The translations under genes were made by a program, and so were the position numbers. From the human T2T-CHM13v2.0 reference genome, Homo sapiens: DNA of 64,000 nt. The notes below the pieces were generated by a model. It did not search any database, had not been told where the DNA came from, and saw only the letters and a list, made by a program, of their open reading frames with translations. Positions 41,841-55,273 of this stretch are shown here, in pieces. Numbering within the stretch: position 1 is the stretch's first letter; every line of letters begins with the position of its first letter. The stretch is from assembly GCF_009914755.1 (NCBI RefSeq), contig NC_060936.1; one strand, written 5' to 3'.

Positions 41841-42289
41841 ATACTTGATAATGTTGTATATACAACTACAAATACACTACACATTTTTCTTTTTTGAATA
41901 TAAATTTTGTGAAATAGAAATTGTCAGAATTCTGGTGTTGATATGGCAAAAACCTGTAGTAACGCTGCCCAAAGCAAGCGTGTCTGTGTATAAAGTTGCC
42001 AATGTTTTGTACATCTCAACTAGCAATTAAATAAAAATCTATCAACCATCCTAAGGAAAGGGCTGACTTTTTTATTGTTATAGAAAAAAGCATTGAAAAT
42101 TAAATAGGAAAAAAAACTGAGGAAAAAAGTATTAACAAGGTTATACTCATTAAAAAAATATGATTCCTATAGATTTCAGGATGTTTGTGTACTTGTTAGC
42201 TTTCTGACATTTGTCACTTGATATGATTTCATGTCTCATTCTAAATAAATAAATACATCTAATTTTGTATTTATAACTATATATTTCTT

Positions 42290-42489
42290 AAAGTTATTCC
42301 TCCCAAATGCTTCAGTTTGGGGTCCTGGAGCCACCTCTGCCAATATGTAGAAAAGGAGTTGAGGCACCCGATCAGGGAAAGCTTGCAACAGGTTCTGCTT
42401 CATCCTCAAGAAACCAGGGCTCTGAAATCTGATGCACAGGGCTTGTACAAGCAATGCTCCCAAATGAAGCTCTTTCTTCCACTTGGCAT
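42290..42489 (-). pseudogene. Candidate exon (donor not identifiable)
   Basis: Acceptor tctttgatcaagttcag|A. Open frame AKWKKELHLGALLVQALCIRFQSPGFLRMKQNLLQAFPDRVPQLLFYILAEVAPGPQTEAFG. Confidence 0.4.
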
Positions 42490-42624
42490 CTGAACTTGAT
42501 CAAAGACAATGGAATGGAATACTGGATTGACTATCAGGACGAAAATATTTTTTCACTTTGGAACTTAGAATGAGTACCTGGAATCCTTCTGTACCTCAGT
42601 TTCCTTATCCATATGTCATGCTTA

Positions 42625-42860
42625 AGGCATAAGCTCTAGCAGACTGCCTGGGTTCATATCTTGGTTTTGCCACTTACTATGTGACCCAGGGGCAAGCCAC
42701 TTAGCCTTGCTAAACTTCAGTTTGCTTGTCTGTGAGTGTAATAAGGAAATAGTACTTCTTACTTCATAGGTTTGTTGAGGGATTAAGTTACATAATGAAT
42801 GTAAGGTGCTCAGCATAATGCCAGGCAAATAGTAAGTGTTCAGTAAGTGATAGCTATTAT
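42625..42860 (+). mobile_element. MIR
   Basis: gcctgggttcatatcttgg...tgtgacc...cagtttgcttgtctgt...gttgagggattaa...tagtaagtgttcagtaa. Confidence 0.8.
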
Positions 42861-43008
42861 TTTTCTATGGAACAAAGAACCCAAACAAACCCCAAACCAT
42901 ACCTGACACTCATCTTTCTTAGAGCAATGGGGTGAGGAAAAAATAGCTAAGTAGAATCAGAAAGAAAAAAAAAAAAAGAAAGAAAAGACAGGAATTAAAA
43001 TGTGCCAC

Positions 43009-43423
43009 GTTCATAAGTGTGGGGGATAATACAATCTGAAAACCCTCATCTGTTTGTTCCAGGTCACAGGACTCTGCTGATGTGTGTGTATGTGCAAACC
43101 TGTTGGGGGGTGAATGCAGTGTAGACAGGGGAAGGGCCAGGAAGGGGAGAAGCAGCTGGCATGCCTGGAATGCCAGATCCTCTCCTGTTGCCCCATGCAA
43201 GTTCATCCATTCAGATGTCCTGGGCTTTGCCTCCCACAGTCCCATCATTTGAGGAACAGAAATGGAAGCTGGCTTGGAACTTAGGGCTATGCTGTCCAAA
43301 GGCAGATGCAAACCTCTGGCTTCTACTTCTCCTCTACTCCATACATCATCCCATACTTCAGCCCTGAACATGCCACAGCATTCTGAGAGATGTGGACAAC
43401 ATAATGTCTTTGTGAAGTTGCTA
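43009..43423 (-). pseudogene. Candidate exon, stop-free over about 137 codons
   Basis: Core of ORF 42919..43515 (198 aa). Pyrimidine tract ttctgtctgtttccttcttaacacgag/tag; weak donor AAC|GTGGCA. Confidence 0.55.
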
Positions 43424-43683
43424 CTCGTGTTAAGAAGGAAACAGACAGAATGGAAGAGATTTACAGTTTGGGACAAACAGGAGGATCTGCAAGGATAGTG
43501 AAATTTCCTACCCATCCTAGGAAAGAAAATATAAACTAATATTCTATCTAAGAAGTCTACTAATTTTGTTTTGTCACTAAATTTAGTGCTCTTGAAAACA
43601 TAGGGTCACTTGAAATTCAAAACACAGTGTTTGAACTAAAAACAGAAGTGTGTTCTTGGAGCTGTATGTGTGTGTATACATGC

Positions 43684-44048
43684 TGTATTAGTCCCTTCTC
43701 ATGCTGTTATAAAGGACTGACTAAGACTGGGTAATTTATAAAGGAAAGAGATTTAATTGACTCACAGTTCCACAGGGCTGGGGAGGCCACAGGAAACTTA
43801 GAATCATGGCTGAAGGGGAAGCAAACACGTCCTTCTTCAGATGATGGCAGGAATGAAAAGTGCTGAGCAAAAGAGGGAAAAACCCTTTATAAAACCATCA
43901 GATCTCACTCACTATCACGAAAACAACATGAGGGTAACTGCCTCCATGATTAAATTACCTCGTACCACGTCCCTCCCATGACACATGGGGATTACGGGAA
44001 CTACAATTCAAGATGAGATTTGGGTGGGGACACAGCCAAACCATATAA
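43684..44048 (-). mobile_element. THE1 (THE1C/D-like) solo LTR
   Basis: tgtattagtcccttctcatgctg ... gagatttgggtggggacacagccaaaccata. Confidence 0.92.
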
Positions 44049-44871
44049 AATGCCTAGTGATCGACCACGTCCCCACAATTACCTCATTTAATCCTTACAA
44101 CAAGCTTCCAGTTAGGAGTTGAAGGCCTTAATGTTCACCATTTATATATTAGAAAATTAACACTGTAAGATGTTAAAGGAGTTGCCTAAGATTGCCCAGC
44201 AGAGATCAGTAACTTTGCCTTCCCACAAAAACACGGGAACACACATATGAATAAATGCCTTAGTTACAGTGGCACACACATATGAATATATATATATATA
44301 TGTACACAGCCTGTATGTGTACGAAATTATATAAATAGGGTAGGATGATATTTGTAAAATAATACTTTTTTCCTTCTTTTTAGTGTTTCTCTTCTTCCCT
44401 TTCCTGCTTAGAACAGAAAATCAGAACAGGTCTATGTGTGGCCAGAAAATATCCTCTGATCTTCATACACTTGGTTTTCAACAGCCCAACACTTAGGAGA
44501 ATGATGATAATTAGGTTACAGGTCAGCTAGTAGGGAAGTCACAAAGGCAGAGGGATTTCCCTTCAAGACCTCAAAACACTTTCTTCTGGCTTCTGGGGAG
44601 GAGAGCAAAGAAGACAAGTGGATCCTGAAGAAATAATGGCTAATCCCAGGAGTGAGAACATGAACCCAGTTAGGGAATTAGCATTCATTTGTATGTGACG
44701 AAGCATGGCCTTGCAAGGATTCCCTTGGCCCTAGCATGCCAGGAAACAGCAAGTTCCTGCTCCCAAAGTTGTCAAAGTACTAGCAGGGGGCCCACAGGCC
44801 TGGAGGTGCCCTGTGGACAGAGGGTTGACAGTTTCCCTGTGTCAGTCTGTGTGGAGCAGACCCCACCTCAC

Positions 44872-44980
44872 CTAACATCTCGGCCTTAATTACAACTATC
44901 AAGTGCCACAACCTCAGTGAAGGAAGGGTTCCAATAATAGTCCTGGAACTAAGTTTCCTCACATGCCAGTGGAATGATAT
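44872..44980 (-). pseudogene. Candidate exon (may extend to about 44470)
   Basis: Strong acceptor cttaatttctattttcag|A, donor TTAG|GTGAGG. Confidence 0.5.
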
Positions 44981-45313
44981 CTGAAAATAGAAATTAAGTT
45001 GAATTTTAGAAGAATGAATGGTAGTTTGCACACCTGAAGTGGGAGCCTGAAATTTAAATCCACCGTATTGCCTTAAAAAAACAAAACCCGAAAACTAAGA
45101 ACCATAACTGCAGCAGCAGATGTATACATTCATTTAGCCCCTAAGTAGTTAACATTTAAAGTGTCAGATTAAGTTTTCTCCAAAACAATCAAGGGATATT
45201 TTCCCATCCCCTTATCTGACCCCCACTAAAGGTTTAAAGCCTAGAAAAAGAAGCCGTCAGATAGAATCACTTGAGCTCTTCCTCTGACGAAACCTCTCAT
45301 AAAAGAGACTTAT

Positions 45314-45407
45314 GCTATCCATTGTAGAGATCTCAGATATCTAAAATTTAGTGCATTGCCAGGTAGACACTGCATCCGGGGCCTTATCACAAAAGCAGAA
45401 CTGATAT
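45314..45407 (-). pseudogene. Candidate exon with mutated donor (ATAAGT)
   Basis: Acceptor attctgtattttctag|A. Reads YQFCFCDKAPDAVSTWQCTKF*ISEISTMDS. Confidence 0.35.
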
Positions 45408-45907
45408 CTAGAAAATACAGAATGCTCAAAACTTTTACTATCTGTCTGTTTATGCATCCTGAAGTCAAAATTTTGTAATCCCAATGAGAAGGAATATAAA
45501 TTTTTTTTGGAGAGGAAAACAGATTCGAGTAAGTTAATATTATCCTGCACATATATTGTCTGTTCATTGTATTTTATGATTTACCTAAATTTTTTTCCCT
45601 CAAAATTAATCTGGTGAAATCACTGCTTTTCCCCCCAAGTGGATATAAAATAGGGTTGTGCATACAGGACTGTTATATGTTCGTCCTATTTACAGCCTCA
45701 TTTTTCTTCTTACTTCCCACACAACCACATCTTTGGCTTTCATGCCTCTATGGCTTTGCTCAACCAGGAGCACCTTTGTCCACTGGGTGTGGGGTAGATT
45801 TCTCTTCCTCAGCTAAATCCTCTTTCACTTTCCTCAAGGAGCCCCTCAGTCTCCTTTGCTCCCATCTCATTTTATGTAGGACTCTGGGGTAGCACACATT
45901 AAATGAG

Positions 45908-46267
45908 TGCTGTGGTCTGAATGTTTGTACCCACCTCATAACTCATATGCCAAAATTCCAACCCCTAAAGTGATGGTATTCAGAGATGGGGCCCTTGGGA
46001 GGTGATTAGGCCGTGAGGGCAGAGCCTTCGTAAGTGAAATTAGTGCCTTATAAAAGAGACCCCAGAGAGACTCTCATCCCTTCCACCATGTGAGGACACA
46101 GTGAGAAGGTACAGTCTGTGACCCAGAAAGGGGGCCCTCACCAGAGAGAGACTCTACCTTGATCTTGGACTTCCCAGCCTCTACAACTATGAGAAATCCA
46201 TTTCTGTTGTTTATAAGCCACCCATTTGATGGCATTTTGTTTTAGCAACCCCAACAGAGTACGCAAC
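45908..46267 (+). mobile_element. MLT1A-like MaLR LTR
   Basis: tgctgtggtctgaatgtttgt...ggaggtgattagg...cttgatcttggacttcccagcctct. Confidence 0.88.
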
Positions 46268-47476
46268 AGTGACCCAGTCCCACTGGGAGCCTTTGTACTT
46301 AGTGTCTCTGCTGCCTAGAGTGTTCTTCCCTCCAGACAACCACACAGTTCACTTCTGTACCTTCTTCAGGTCGTTTTGCAGAGAGAGACAGAGACCTTAT
46401 CTCATGACCCAAAATAAAAATATAGCCAACCTAATCCTCTCCTGGCCCAAGAGGCTTCTCTCCTCTCTCTGCTTTATGTTTTCTCCTTAGCATGTATCGT
46501 TATTGAACATACTATAGAGTTCACTCATTTTATGTGTTTATTTTATTTATCTAGATTATTGTCTGTCTACTCTAGTGTAAGATTTTTGGCCATTTTATTT
46601 ATTATTTACCTTCTTATAACACCTGAAACACAGTAAACTCAATAAATATTTGTTGAATGAATGAATGAATGGGTGAGTGATGATTCTGCTCTTGCAATTA
46701 CATGCTTATTCCCTTATCCATGTTCTACTCATCCTTATGTTTTCTTCAGCCCTTGGCACAGTGCTGGGTACAGAGAGAGGGTCCACAAATGTTTACTGAG
46801 TAAAGGACTGAAGTGAATTCACCGTGCCTTTTTTATAATTGAGATAGGATGGAGATTTCACCCTAATTTATGACATATTTTTATAATACCGTAAAATAAC
46901 AGTACTTCCTGAGCAAAAGAGGCAGAGCTTTTTCACCAGCAAGTGGAAAGATATAAAGTATCCATAAATTGTTCTGGTAAAAAATGAGTATTTTAATACC
47001 TTTTTTTCAGTAAGACAACTCATGAAATTCCACAGCAAATATTTATTGAGTATCTAGTGTTTATTAGGCAGTTTATAATCACTAGGCTTCATACACAGTC
47101 AAATAATTTAAAGTCAGCTCCAAAGTGGACTGAAACAATAGAAGATGTAGAAGAGTTTTACTTTAATATTTCTTTAAAAAATATATTTCTGTCTAGAAAT
47201 TCCAGTACTGTCCATTGGCTGCAAGTGAAGAAAAATAAAACCATAAAGTGAAATTCAAAACTTTAATAAAAGAGCAGAATCTAAAATATAGTAGCAGATA
47301 AAGCAGAAATAATAAATGAAACTGGATTGAACAAGAAGGCCATGCCACCTTGTGGGTACTGGGAGTATTTTACCATCCTCAATATCTCTCTACAGAAAGA
47401 GTGACCAATTACAGATTAAGAAACTGGGGAAACTTTCACTACCTTTTTCATGGTAAATAAAATACATAGTATTTAC

Positions 47477-47555
47477 TTTTTGATGCTGTAGCCATTGGAA
47501 GCAGTTTTTTATCAAAATGCAATACATCTTAAGCCACTTTGATGAAAGAAATAGT
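47477..47555 (-). pseudogene. Possible 79-nt exon
   Basis: Acceptor ctcatcacctgcag|A, donor AAAA|GTAAAT. Phase 1-2 bridges its neighbours. Confidence 0.3.
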
Positions 47556-47981
47556 CTGCAGGTGATGAGGTTGTAATGTTTTAAATAAAAAATAATCTTT
47601 TTAAATGAACTTGAACATCTATTTAAAGATGTGGTCATGTACTCTTTCCTTTTCATTTTTCTGAACAGAAGAGGTACATTGTTAATGAAAGAAAGTGTTT
47701 TAATAACAAAATCAACAACACATATACTCCTATGTAATGTCCTAAGGAATAATCGGAAATTTTAATGCCTGTGTAAACTTGTACCAATCCATAGTTTAAA
47801 ATTTAGTTACAGATATTACGTAATGAGTAACATGATTTTTCCGAAAAATTAAAACTACTAACCATGAGGGTACAAAATGTCTCTGTTGCTTATAGATAAA
47901 TCTATTATTCTTTTAAAATGAGAATTTGGAAAAAAAATTTTGCAGGTTAACAAGAATATGAAGCAACATAAGGTTTTCTAG

Positions 47982-48351
<370 letters not shown>

Positions 48352-48665
48352 TTAGAATCATAAACTTTAAAACTGGAAAGTACCTTACATGGGGCAGGAG
48401 GACCAATGACTCATTCTAATGAATCCCTAGGCAGCTAAATTATTTCAACTGAGAAATTACCGGAAATCAACAAAAAAACTTCCTTATTGACAAAATACAA
48501 TAAATAACAAAAACAGAGTTACTAGTATAATTGAATGCTAACTGGAAAGGGTCTTAGAGATCATTGAACCCAGGGTTTCCAAAAGATATCTGTGATACTC
48601 TATTCTTAAGAGATATTAAGGTATGTCACCAGACAAAAAAAATTTTGGAAAATACTGTACTAAAG

Positions 48666-48825
48666 TCAGGCATAGTGGCTCACACCTGTAATCCCAGCAC
48701 TTTTGGAGGCAGAGGCAGGAAGATCGCTTGAGCTCAGGAGTTTGACACCAGCCTGAGCAACACAGCAACACAGGTGAGACCATGTCCCTACAAAAACAAG
48801 AAAAGAAAAGGGAAAAGAAAAGAAA
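48666..48825 (+). mobile_element. Alu monomer (FLAM/AluJ left arm)
   Basis: Single arm plus A-rich tail. Confidence 0.85.
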
Positions 48826-49556
48826 GTTAAACCATGTGTCCAACTGCAGAACATTTCACAGATATCAATATGTCAGTGTACATTTGAACAGCATAGTATG
48901 CAGTAATTCTCAATTTATTTTATCACAAAATTACTTTTACTTTTGCAGACAACTTCACAGGTCTGAAGTACAAATTTGGGGAACTCTGAGCTAAACCAAT
49001 TTCTTATTTTATAAAGAAGGGATTGACACCATGTTGGTATGTGACTTGCCCAACCCAACAAAACTGAATAATAGCAGAGGCAGGACTGGGGGTCAGTTTT
49101 CCTTAAAGTCAGGGATTTGTTCTTTGCATCATGTCATACTGCATCATTCTTTCCAAATTGTCATAATTCAAAACTACTGCTCTAAAAAGTAAATGTGTTT
49201 TTAAAAAAGTTCACTACAAATGTTTTTTCACAATTTTATGTTGTGTTTTATACAACCATTACCATCAAAGGACCAACATCCCCAACTCAGCCCCACCCCT
49301 AAAGCTGACACTTCCCAAATGACATCTTTGTGGTTTCCTCAAAGTGAGACCACCAGATAAGAATAGCAATACAAATTAGTTTGATTAACTATAGTGTTTC
49401 TGCCTCTTTGGGGTTCAAACCCAGATGTGTAGTCAAATTGGTTGGCTTCACAATGTTCATTTTGAGAAAGTGTTTTTGACTATAAATGAAGTGATTCAAA
49501 TATTTAGAGAGAAATTTTCATGCTTACTCAGTGATGTGAAAAACCATGACATTTAC

Positions 49557-49876
49557 CAAAAATAGGCACTCATATGTCTACCTCTGACTTTCATGTGGAG
49601 GAGTGGGTAGAAGGAGAAGATATGGGGTCTAGGGTTGAGTGCAATGAAGGTGTGTTGTCCTCAGGGTCACGGAATGAAGGTGTAAGTGAACTCAGTAACA
49701 TATCTACAGTTCCTTAGCCATTGGGACATTGGCTTGGAAGCCCAAGGCTAGTCTGCAGATGGCTCCAGAATGTATTCTCCAGCCTCCTGGAATCCTGTTC
49801 TGGTGCAGATATGCATTAGGTTCTACTTAATAAAGCAATCTTGATTGTTTTAGGAGATGGACAGTCACATTGCTGT
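49557..49876 (-). pseudogene. Candidate decayed exon (320 nt, phase 2-1)
   Basis: Acceptor ccttgtttgctag|A, donor TTTG|GTAAAT. One frame, 4 stops in 106 codons (CISAPEQDSRRLENTFWSHLQTSLGLPSQCPNG*GTVDMLLSSLTPSFRDPEDNTPSLHSTLDP). Confidence 0.55.
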
Positions 49877-49979
49877 CTAGCAAACAAGGCATGCTGAACT
49901 TGACAAATTATTTTAAAAAGAAATGATACAGAACTCTGAGAACAAGAAACTATGACCTCAATTTAAGAGCTAGGAATAC

Positions 49980-50131
49980 CCATTTTTCAGGATAGACTCC
50001 CATCCACTGATGCAATTTGTCCCTCTGAGGCATCTGTACTTCCTCCTCTTGTTCTCTGTATGCTCAAACGAAGGGAATTTAAGATTATGTTGGCAACACT
50101 ACTGGAGCTGTTTTGTTTTTTTTTTTTTAAG
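49980..50131 (-). pseudogene. Candidate exon
   Basis: Acceptor ttttctttttatttag|C, donor ATGG|GTATTC. Reads ...HNLKFPSFEHTENKRRKYRCLRGTNCISGWESILKN, ending in phase 2; 103-nt intron to the next exon. Confidence 0.45.
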
Positions 50132-50359
50132 CTAAATAAAAAGAAAATTTAAGACTCTCATTTGAACAACCTGGGTCCTAAAACCCTGCTGTTGAAAAAT
50201 AGGTGGTGGTTTTGTTTTATTTTAAACTGTTTGCAATTGTCATCTTAATAGAATGCATTAACTAGACAATTGCTTGGCTTTCAAAGTACATTTTTCAAGC
50301 CCCTGTCAACTCAACTTTTTATAAAAAGAATGCAACAAAAAAATAGAAAAGAGAAATAC

Positions 50360-50860
50360 TGAATATTAAATCTTTCTTCAACCCACTGTCTGATTCTCTT
50401 AAGGTCTCTGCTGATATTTTTAGGATTTTAGCACATATAAAATTTCATGGCTGTTTTAATATACATACAGGCTTGAAACAGATGAAAGCTTCCATCTGAA
50501 TGATATAGATTCCCACTCCCACACGCAGTACTCAGACAAAACACATGAAACTAAGTTTAACTACTCCAGAGGAAAAAAAAAAGCTAATTCAATCCTGCCA
50601 GGATTTGAAGCTGAGATTCTAAGGATTTTAGGCTTTGCAAATCTGTTCTTTAGCTTTTTAACACACTCCCCTCTGTCAGAAGCTCTCACATGGAATCACA
50701 TCTCAGGACTTGTCTGTGTTTATATAGTGAGTCTTCATTATTCAACATGGCTGCAATCCTAGAGGTCATGATAAACAATGCAATATCAAATAAGTGGGCA
50801 GAGGAGTTGGTTCTCTGGTGTAAGAAGGCAAAGTCCTTCAGGGAGGATTAATTTCTGTTC
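50360..50860 (-). pseudogene. Possible decayed exon
   Basis: Acceptor cctcactaattcag|G in phase 0 (EQKLILPEGLCLLTPENQLLCPLI*...). Many stops; donor uncertain. Confidence 0.3.
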
Positions 50861-51254
50861 CTGAATTAGTGAGGAATCTGTGCACCAATGAAAAACATGA
50901 CAATAAGGAATGAGGGCTTTCTATCCGTATATAGTCAAACCACATAAGACGGAAGGGACAGACATTTATTGAGACCTTATCATGTACTATGCATTGTACA
51001 AAGTTTTTTTAGATGCTTTGATTTTGTCCCAGTAGTCCTTATAAGTTTGCTGATAAGAGAATTTTCTATCCCCCGATTCTATAGAGTAAAAAACTAAGGT
51101 TCAGGGGTTACTTACTCTGCCTAAATTTACACAGTAACTAGGAGTGCCAAATATGAACGATCCAAAGCTAATTAGTACTTAAGACTAACTCAGTTTACCC
51201 CAGTGGTGGAAAATTCCCTATAATCAATGTAACTACAGTGGACATGAAATCTAC

Positions 51255-51526
51255 CTATTTGTCAAACAAATTATACAAATCTTGTGCAATTATTTTAGCT
51301 ATTGGAAAGATGCATTTGAATGAAAACATGTACATATTAGAGGTCACAGGATGAAGAGAAAAGTGATGCTTCTTTTTATTAGTAAGATAAAATCCTATCA
51401 TGTTCCTAAACAGAAAAATAAAGTTTTCAGATTGGCACCACTGCCTTGCAGACACAGTTCAATACTTGCAATGCAAAATATCTGCTGAATCCACTTTTGC
51501 TATAAAGTTCAATGGTTTTTTGCAAT
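51255..51526 (-). pseudogene. Candidate decayed exon (272 nt, phase 1-0)
   Basis: Acceptor attgtattccttag|A, donor TAG|GTAGAT. 2 stops in 90 codons: CKKPLNFIAKVDSADILHCKY*TVSARQWCQSENFIFLFRNMIGF...QDLYNLFDK*. Confidence 0.6.
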
Positions 51527-51874
51527 CTAAGGAATACAATGAAATGAGTTGAGTCCAGGCTCATTGACTAAAATACTATGATCTTGTCTCCCTCATTAGG
51601 AAGAGTGACAGGTCATGAGAATGTGTCATGTGAAAACTTGCAGAAGAAATCTCAGTGTGTATCTTCTATAAACATGTGATCTTAATATAACATTTGACAT
51701 ATCTTCATATAACATTTGATACACTGCTAAATATATTGTTCATTGAAATGTACTTTCCAACTCTCAGAAAAGAAACCAAAACTCTCATTAATATTTCCCA
51801 AGCTGGCTTTCTTGTGTTATTGTTTTCAATGGGTCCCTTATAATCATGAAATAAGGGCTGCCTGTAATCCCAGA

Positions 51875-53750
51875 TGTAGGGAAACAGTTCTCCACGGGTG
51901 TATTATATTTCTGCACATCTTGAAAGAGAATTGTTGACCTTTGTTCTAGATCATCTTTTCAAGGAAGTTTCTATCAGAAACAGCCTTTGAATATAGAGAT
52001 AGTATCTCTCTCCAGAGCAAAAAGTAGGTTTGCTTATAGCTTTGGAAGCTGAAAATGGCATATCCCCCTGGATGAAAGAACAGGTATGCTTACTGACCAT
52101 TATAAAATATTCTATTCCAGTAAGCTCAGAATATCTCTCCTATAACACAAACCACTATGTGTGCAGGTATCATCTGGCCCTTTTCATATCACCCTATGCA
52201 AATTGAATCTGAAATAACTGACACAAAAATGTGGACTCTCTGTCTACTTCTTGCTGCAAATAATAAATTGTTCTTTGTCTCTGATTTAGGAGTCTTGTGT
52301 CTTCTACCAGCATCTATGAAACTGTAGTGGCCTAACTTGTTAGTTTGCAAGTAAGGTAAAATCTCAGACTATTCACAGTGTTTGACAGTTTTATAGATGA
52401 GGATGAGATGATGCTGACAGACACATGGCTTTATGGGAGAGAAAGAATGGAGGCCTCACAGGCCAGTTAAAGGGATATAAAGGAAGTTCATAAAAATCAG
52501 TGGTGAACATTTTGTCCACATAGTATAGTGTGCCAGGCAATAAATGTTTCTCCTCTTTATTGCCTACTAATGAGGAGGCATTTGGAAGGTGGTTGAAGGC
52601 TAAATACCAGAAATTAGATTCAAAGAAAGCTGCCCAAATGCTGTCCTGTTTTTGCTAGCACTCCCTGAGGTGGAGGAGACTTACTTTCCATTCTGCCAAT
52701 CAGCATCAGGCCCTCCAAGTGGGAACAAATGGCATCAAGATTCATCCTGGGTATATCCCCTTTCAGACAAGAGTTACAGAGACACAACTTACATTGAGTA
52801 TAACAGGAATGAAATTTTGACCATATAGGTAGAAACCAGGTACATCAATAAAACTTTGACCTGATATGCTTAGGAGATGAAGAGCAGGCTTCATAATACT
52901 TCTTAAGGAAGAATGGTAAGAGTCAACCCATCTTATGGCTCACACCCACCTATCACACCCATTCTAAATCTACTTGGAGATGACAGAAAAGGTCTTACAG
53001 TTTCTTGTAATAGGTACTGAACGAAACAAGGAAACTTTAGCATTCTCAGAGAGATTTCTCCAGGACAAACTCCCAGGTGAAACCATAGATGAGGTGTTGA
53101 TGAGTACCTGGGTTCTTATTGCCCTGGTTGGACTTACAATGCTGTTGAAGGTAACAAACTGGGCAAAACCTTAAGACATTTTCTTGATAATGACCACCAG
53201 GTTCCCCTGAGTAAGCTGGATCCTCAAAGAAGGTTAATGTCTGAATCATCCAGAGAGTGCAAACTTTGCAGCCATGGCAAGAATGCAATATATCTGTGGC
53301 TGCAGAGTCAAGGGGTCCCTGAAGTTTGAAATAGAAGTAATGATGCCCCTGCCACTTGATATAGAGCTTTTGGTGGAGAAAAAAGAAAAAGATGGGAGAG
53401 GGGAATTTGTTTGGTTGAGCTGTGAGCTTAGTGTAAAAGACAATGTTTCCTTCCAGAGCAAAGGGCATTTATGTAGACTTCTTACTATGAAAGATCCAGG
53501 TGTTCTATGTACAGGTTCTTCTCCTGAAACACAACCTACTACATATTTGGGTGCCATCTAGCCCTCTTTGGCTCATCCTGTGGGAATTAGGGCTCAGGGG
53601 GCTGAGGGCTGTGTTGCTGCTGTTGGTAATAAACTGTCCTCTGTCTCTTATCCAAGAGTCTTGTGTCCTCTGTTCACATTTATGAAATGGTGGCAGGCTA
53701 ACTTAGCTTGCAAGTAGGGTAAAATTTCAGCCCCTTAACAGTTCTTGACA
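51875..53750 (+). mobile_element. Internally deleted ERVL-class provirus (MER76-like LTRs) with 5-bp TSD
   Basis: 5' LTR 51875-52387 (TG...TTGACA), about 1 kb of internal sequence, and a 5'-truncated 3' LTR from about 53435 to 53750 with the same ...gcaagta(a/g)ggtaaaat(c/t)tcag...ttgaca end. TSD CCAGA at 51870-51874 and 53751-53755. Confidence 0.85.
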
Positions 53751-54222
53751 CCAGACAAATTTATGACTTCTGTAAGAATTTAAGAATTTGAATACATGCA
53801 TACTGTGTGTGTGTGTTCTAAAGTTGTTGTTTAGGAAAATGTATAAGATAGAAACACTTCACAAAGGTAAGTAAAATGGCAAGGGGTAAATGACAACGAA
53901 ATATAGCTCTTCCCTCAGAGCTAAGTTTAAAGCTTTTCTTGTTCTATTGCCTGAGACCCCACCATTGAGCTTTCACTTCCTAGATTAAAGAAAAATTGAC
54001 TTGTAAATATACATGCTCCTGGGACTAGAATACACTAGGCCAGCTAGTGGTCATTCAAAACTCAAGATAATTGAACCAAGCCCCTCCCTCTATCTAATTG
54101 GAATCATCAACAAGAAAGAATAAGATGTTTGATGTGCTTGTAGAGGGATAAGTGAGGGGAGGTAGAACAAAAAGGGGAAAAAAGAGTAACACTGAGATAA
54201 TATTTAGCCTGCATTATCGCAC

Positions 54223-54523
54223 CTGATTTTAGCAGTCAGAATGCAGTACAACTGTAAGACATCCCAGAGACACGTATCCAGAAAAGGCATAACAAAGACG
54301 ATAGTGGGTAGTCACCAAAGACAAACTGTTTCCACATCCCTAGAGATCATCCAGTGACCATGGATATAAAGTGACTGGAAGAGTCATTGAGACTGATCTG
54401 CCACATCTCAACTGTGCACTCTGGACCAGGTTTTAAAGACAAGTTGTATAGTAAGTTTGGACAGTTCAAACATCTTTTATCACCTTCAACTCCACTTTTT
54501 AAGAATTGACATAATCTAGAGGT
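54223..54523 (-). pseudogene. Candidate decayed exon (301 nt, phase 0-1)
   Basis: Acceptor atttttcttaaaattag|A, donor TCAG|GTGCGA. 2 stops in 100 codons: TSRLCQFLKSGVEGDKRCLNCPNLLYNLSLKPGPECTVEMWQISLNDSSSHFISMVTG*SLGMWKQFVFGDYPL... Phase matches exon 51255-51526. Confidence 0.65.
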
Positions 54524-55158
54524 CTAATTTTAAGAAAAATGACAAAAACATTTGTTGCTTTCATTTGAAAGACTAATATTGAGAATCCAAGCCTTGACAA
54601 AGTTAAGATAGCTCAAACTGTGTGAAATTAAGTTTATTATTACAATTGCTAAGTGAGTAATTTAACATTTTTCCAGCTGGGTAGAAATAAAACATTATTG
54701 CCTTGAGACTTTGGAAAATATTGCTAGAAGAAATAGGTTTATAGATCTGTCATACAAATCTTATCTTTCTGTAACTGAGTTGTAACAAAAATATATTTCC
54801 TTCAGATAATCAAAAAAGACAGTCTACAAAGTGATCCCTTAAATCCATTAACTTTTTCCCCTAGATATAAGAACAATGCTCTGCACGTAGTAGGAATTAG
54901 TAAATATATGCTGATTCGAATTGAATTCAATGCTGATTCTAGAGAGAAGGATACATTAGTTTGAGTTCTAGGTTCAAACTCGCTTAAGTACATACTTTCT
55001 TTTAATGTTTTGCTCTACCAAAATAAATCAACATAAAATTTCCTTAATCAGTAGCTGCTTTGAGCCTATATGTAACATTTTGCCATCACAGGATCACTTA
55101 GCACTGTTCTGGATTTGATGCCTCTACTCTATTTTTTTGACTGTAAAATGTAAATACC

Positions 55159-55273
55159 TATTCAAAGATAAGAGATGTCATATATGATTCCATATATTAG
55201 GACTTTATTGTGCAAATATGTATTCAAAGATAAGAGATGGCATAAATTATTCCATATGTTAGGACTTTCTTGT
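55159..55273 (+). repeat. Tandem duplication with 62-bp period
   Basis: tattcaaagataagagatg.cata.at.attccatat.ttaggacttt.ttgt at 55159 and 55221. Confidence 0.9.

Noticed and set aside
52974-53685. Overlapping ORFs up to 140 aa
   Set aside because: They lie in the decayed ERV internal region and LTR, with no recognisable intact gag, pol or env motif.
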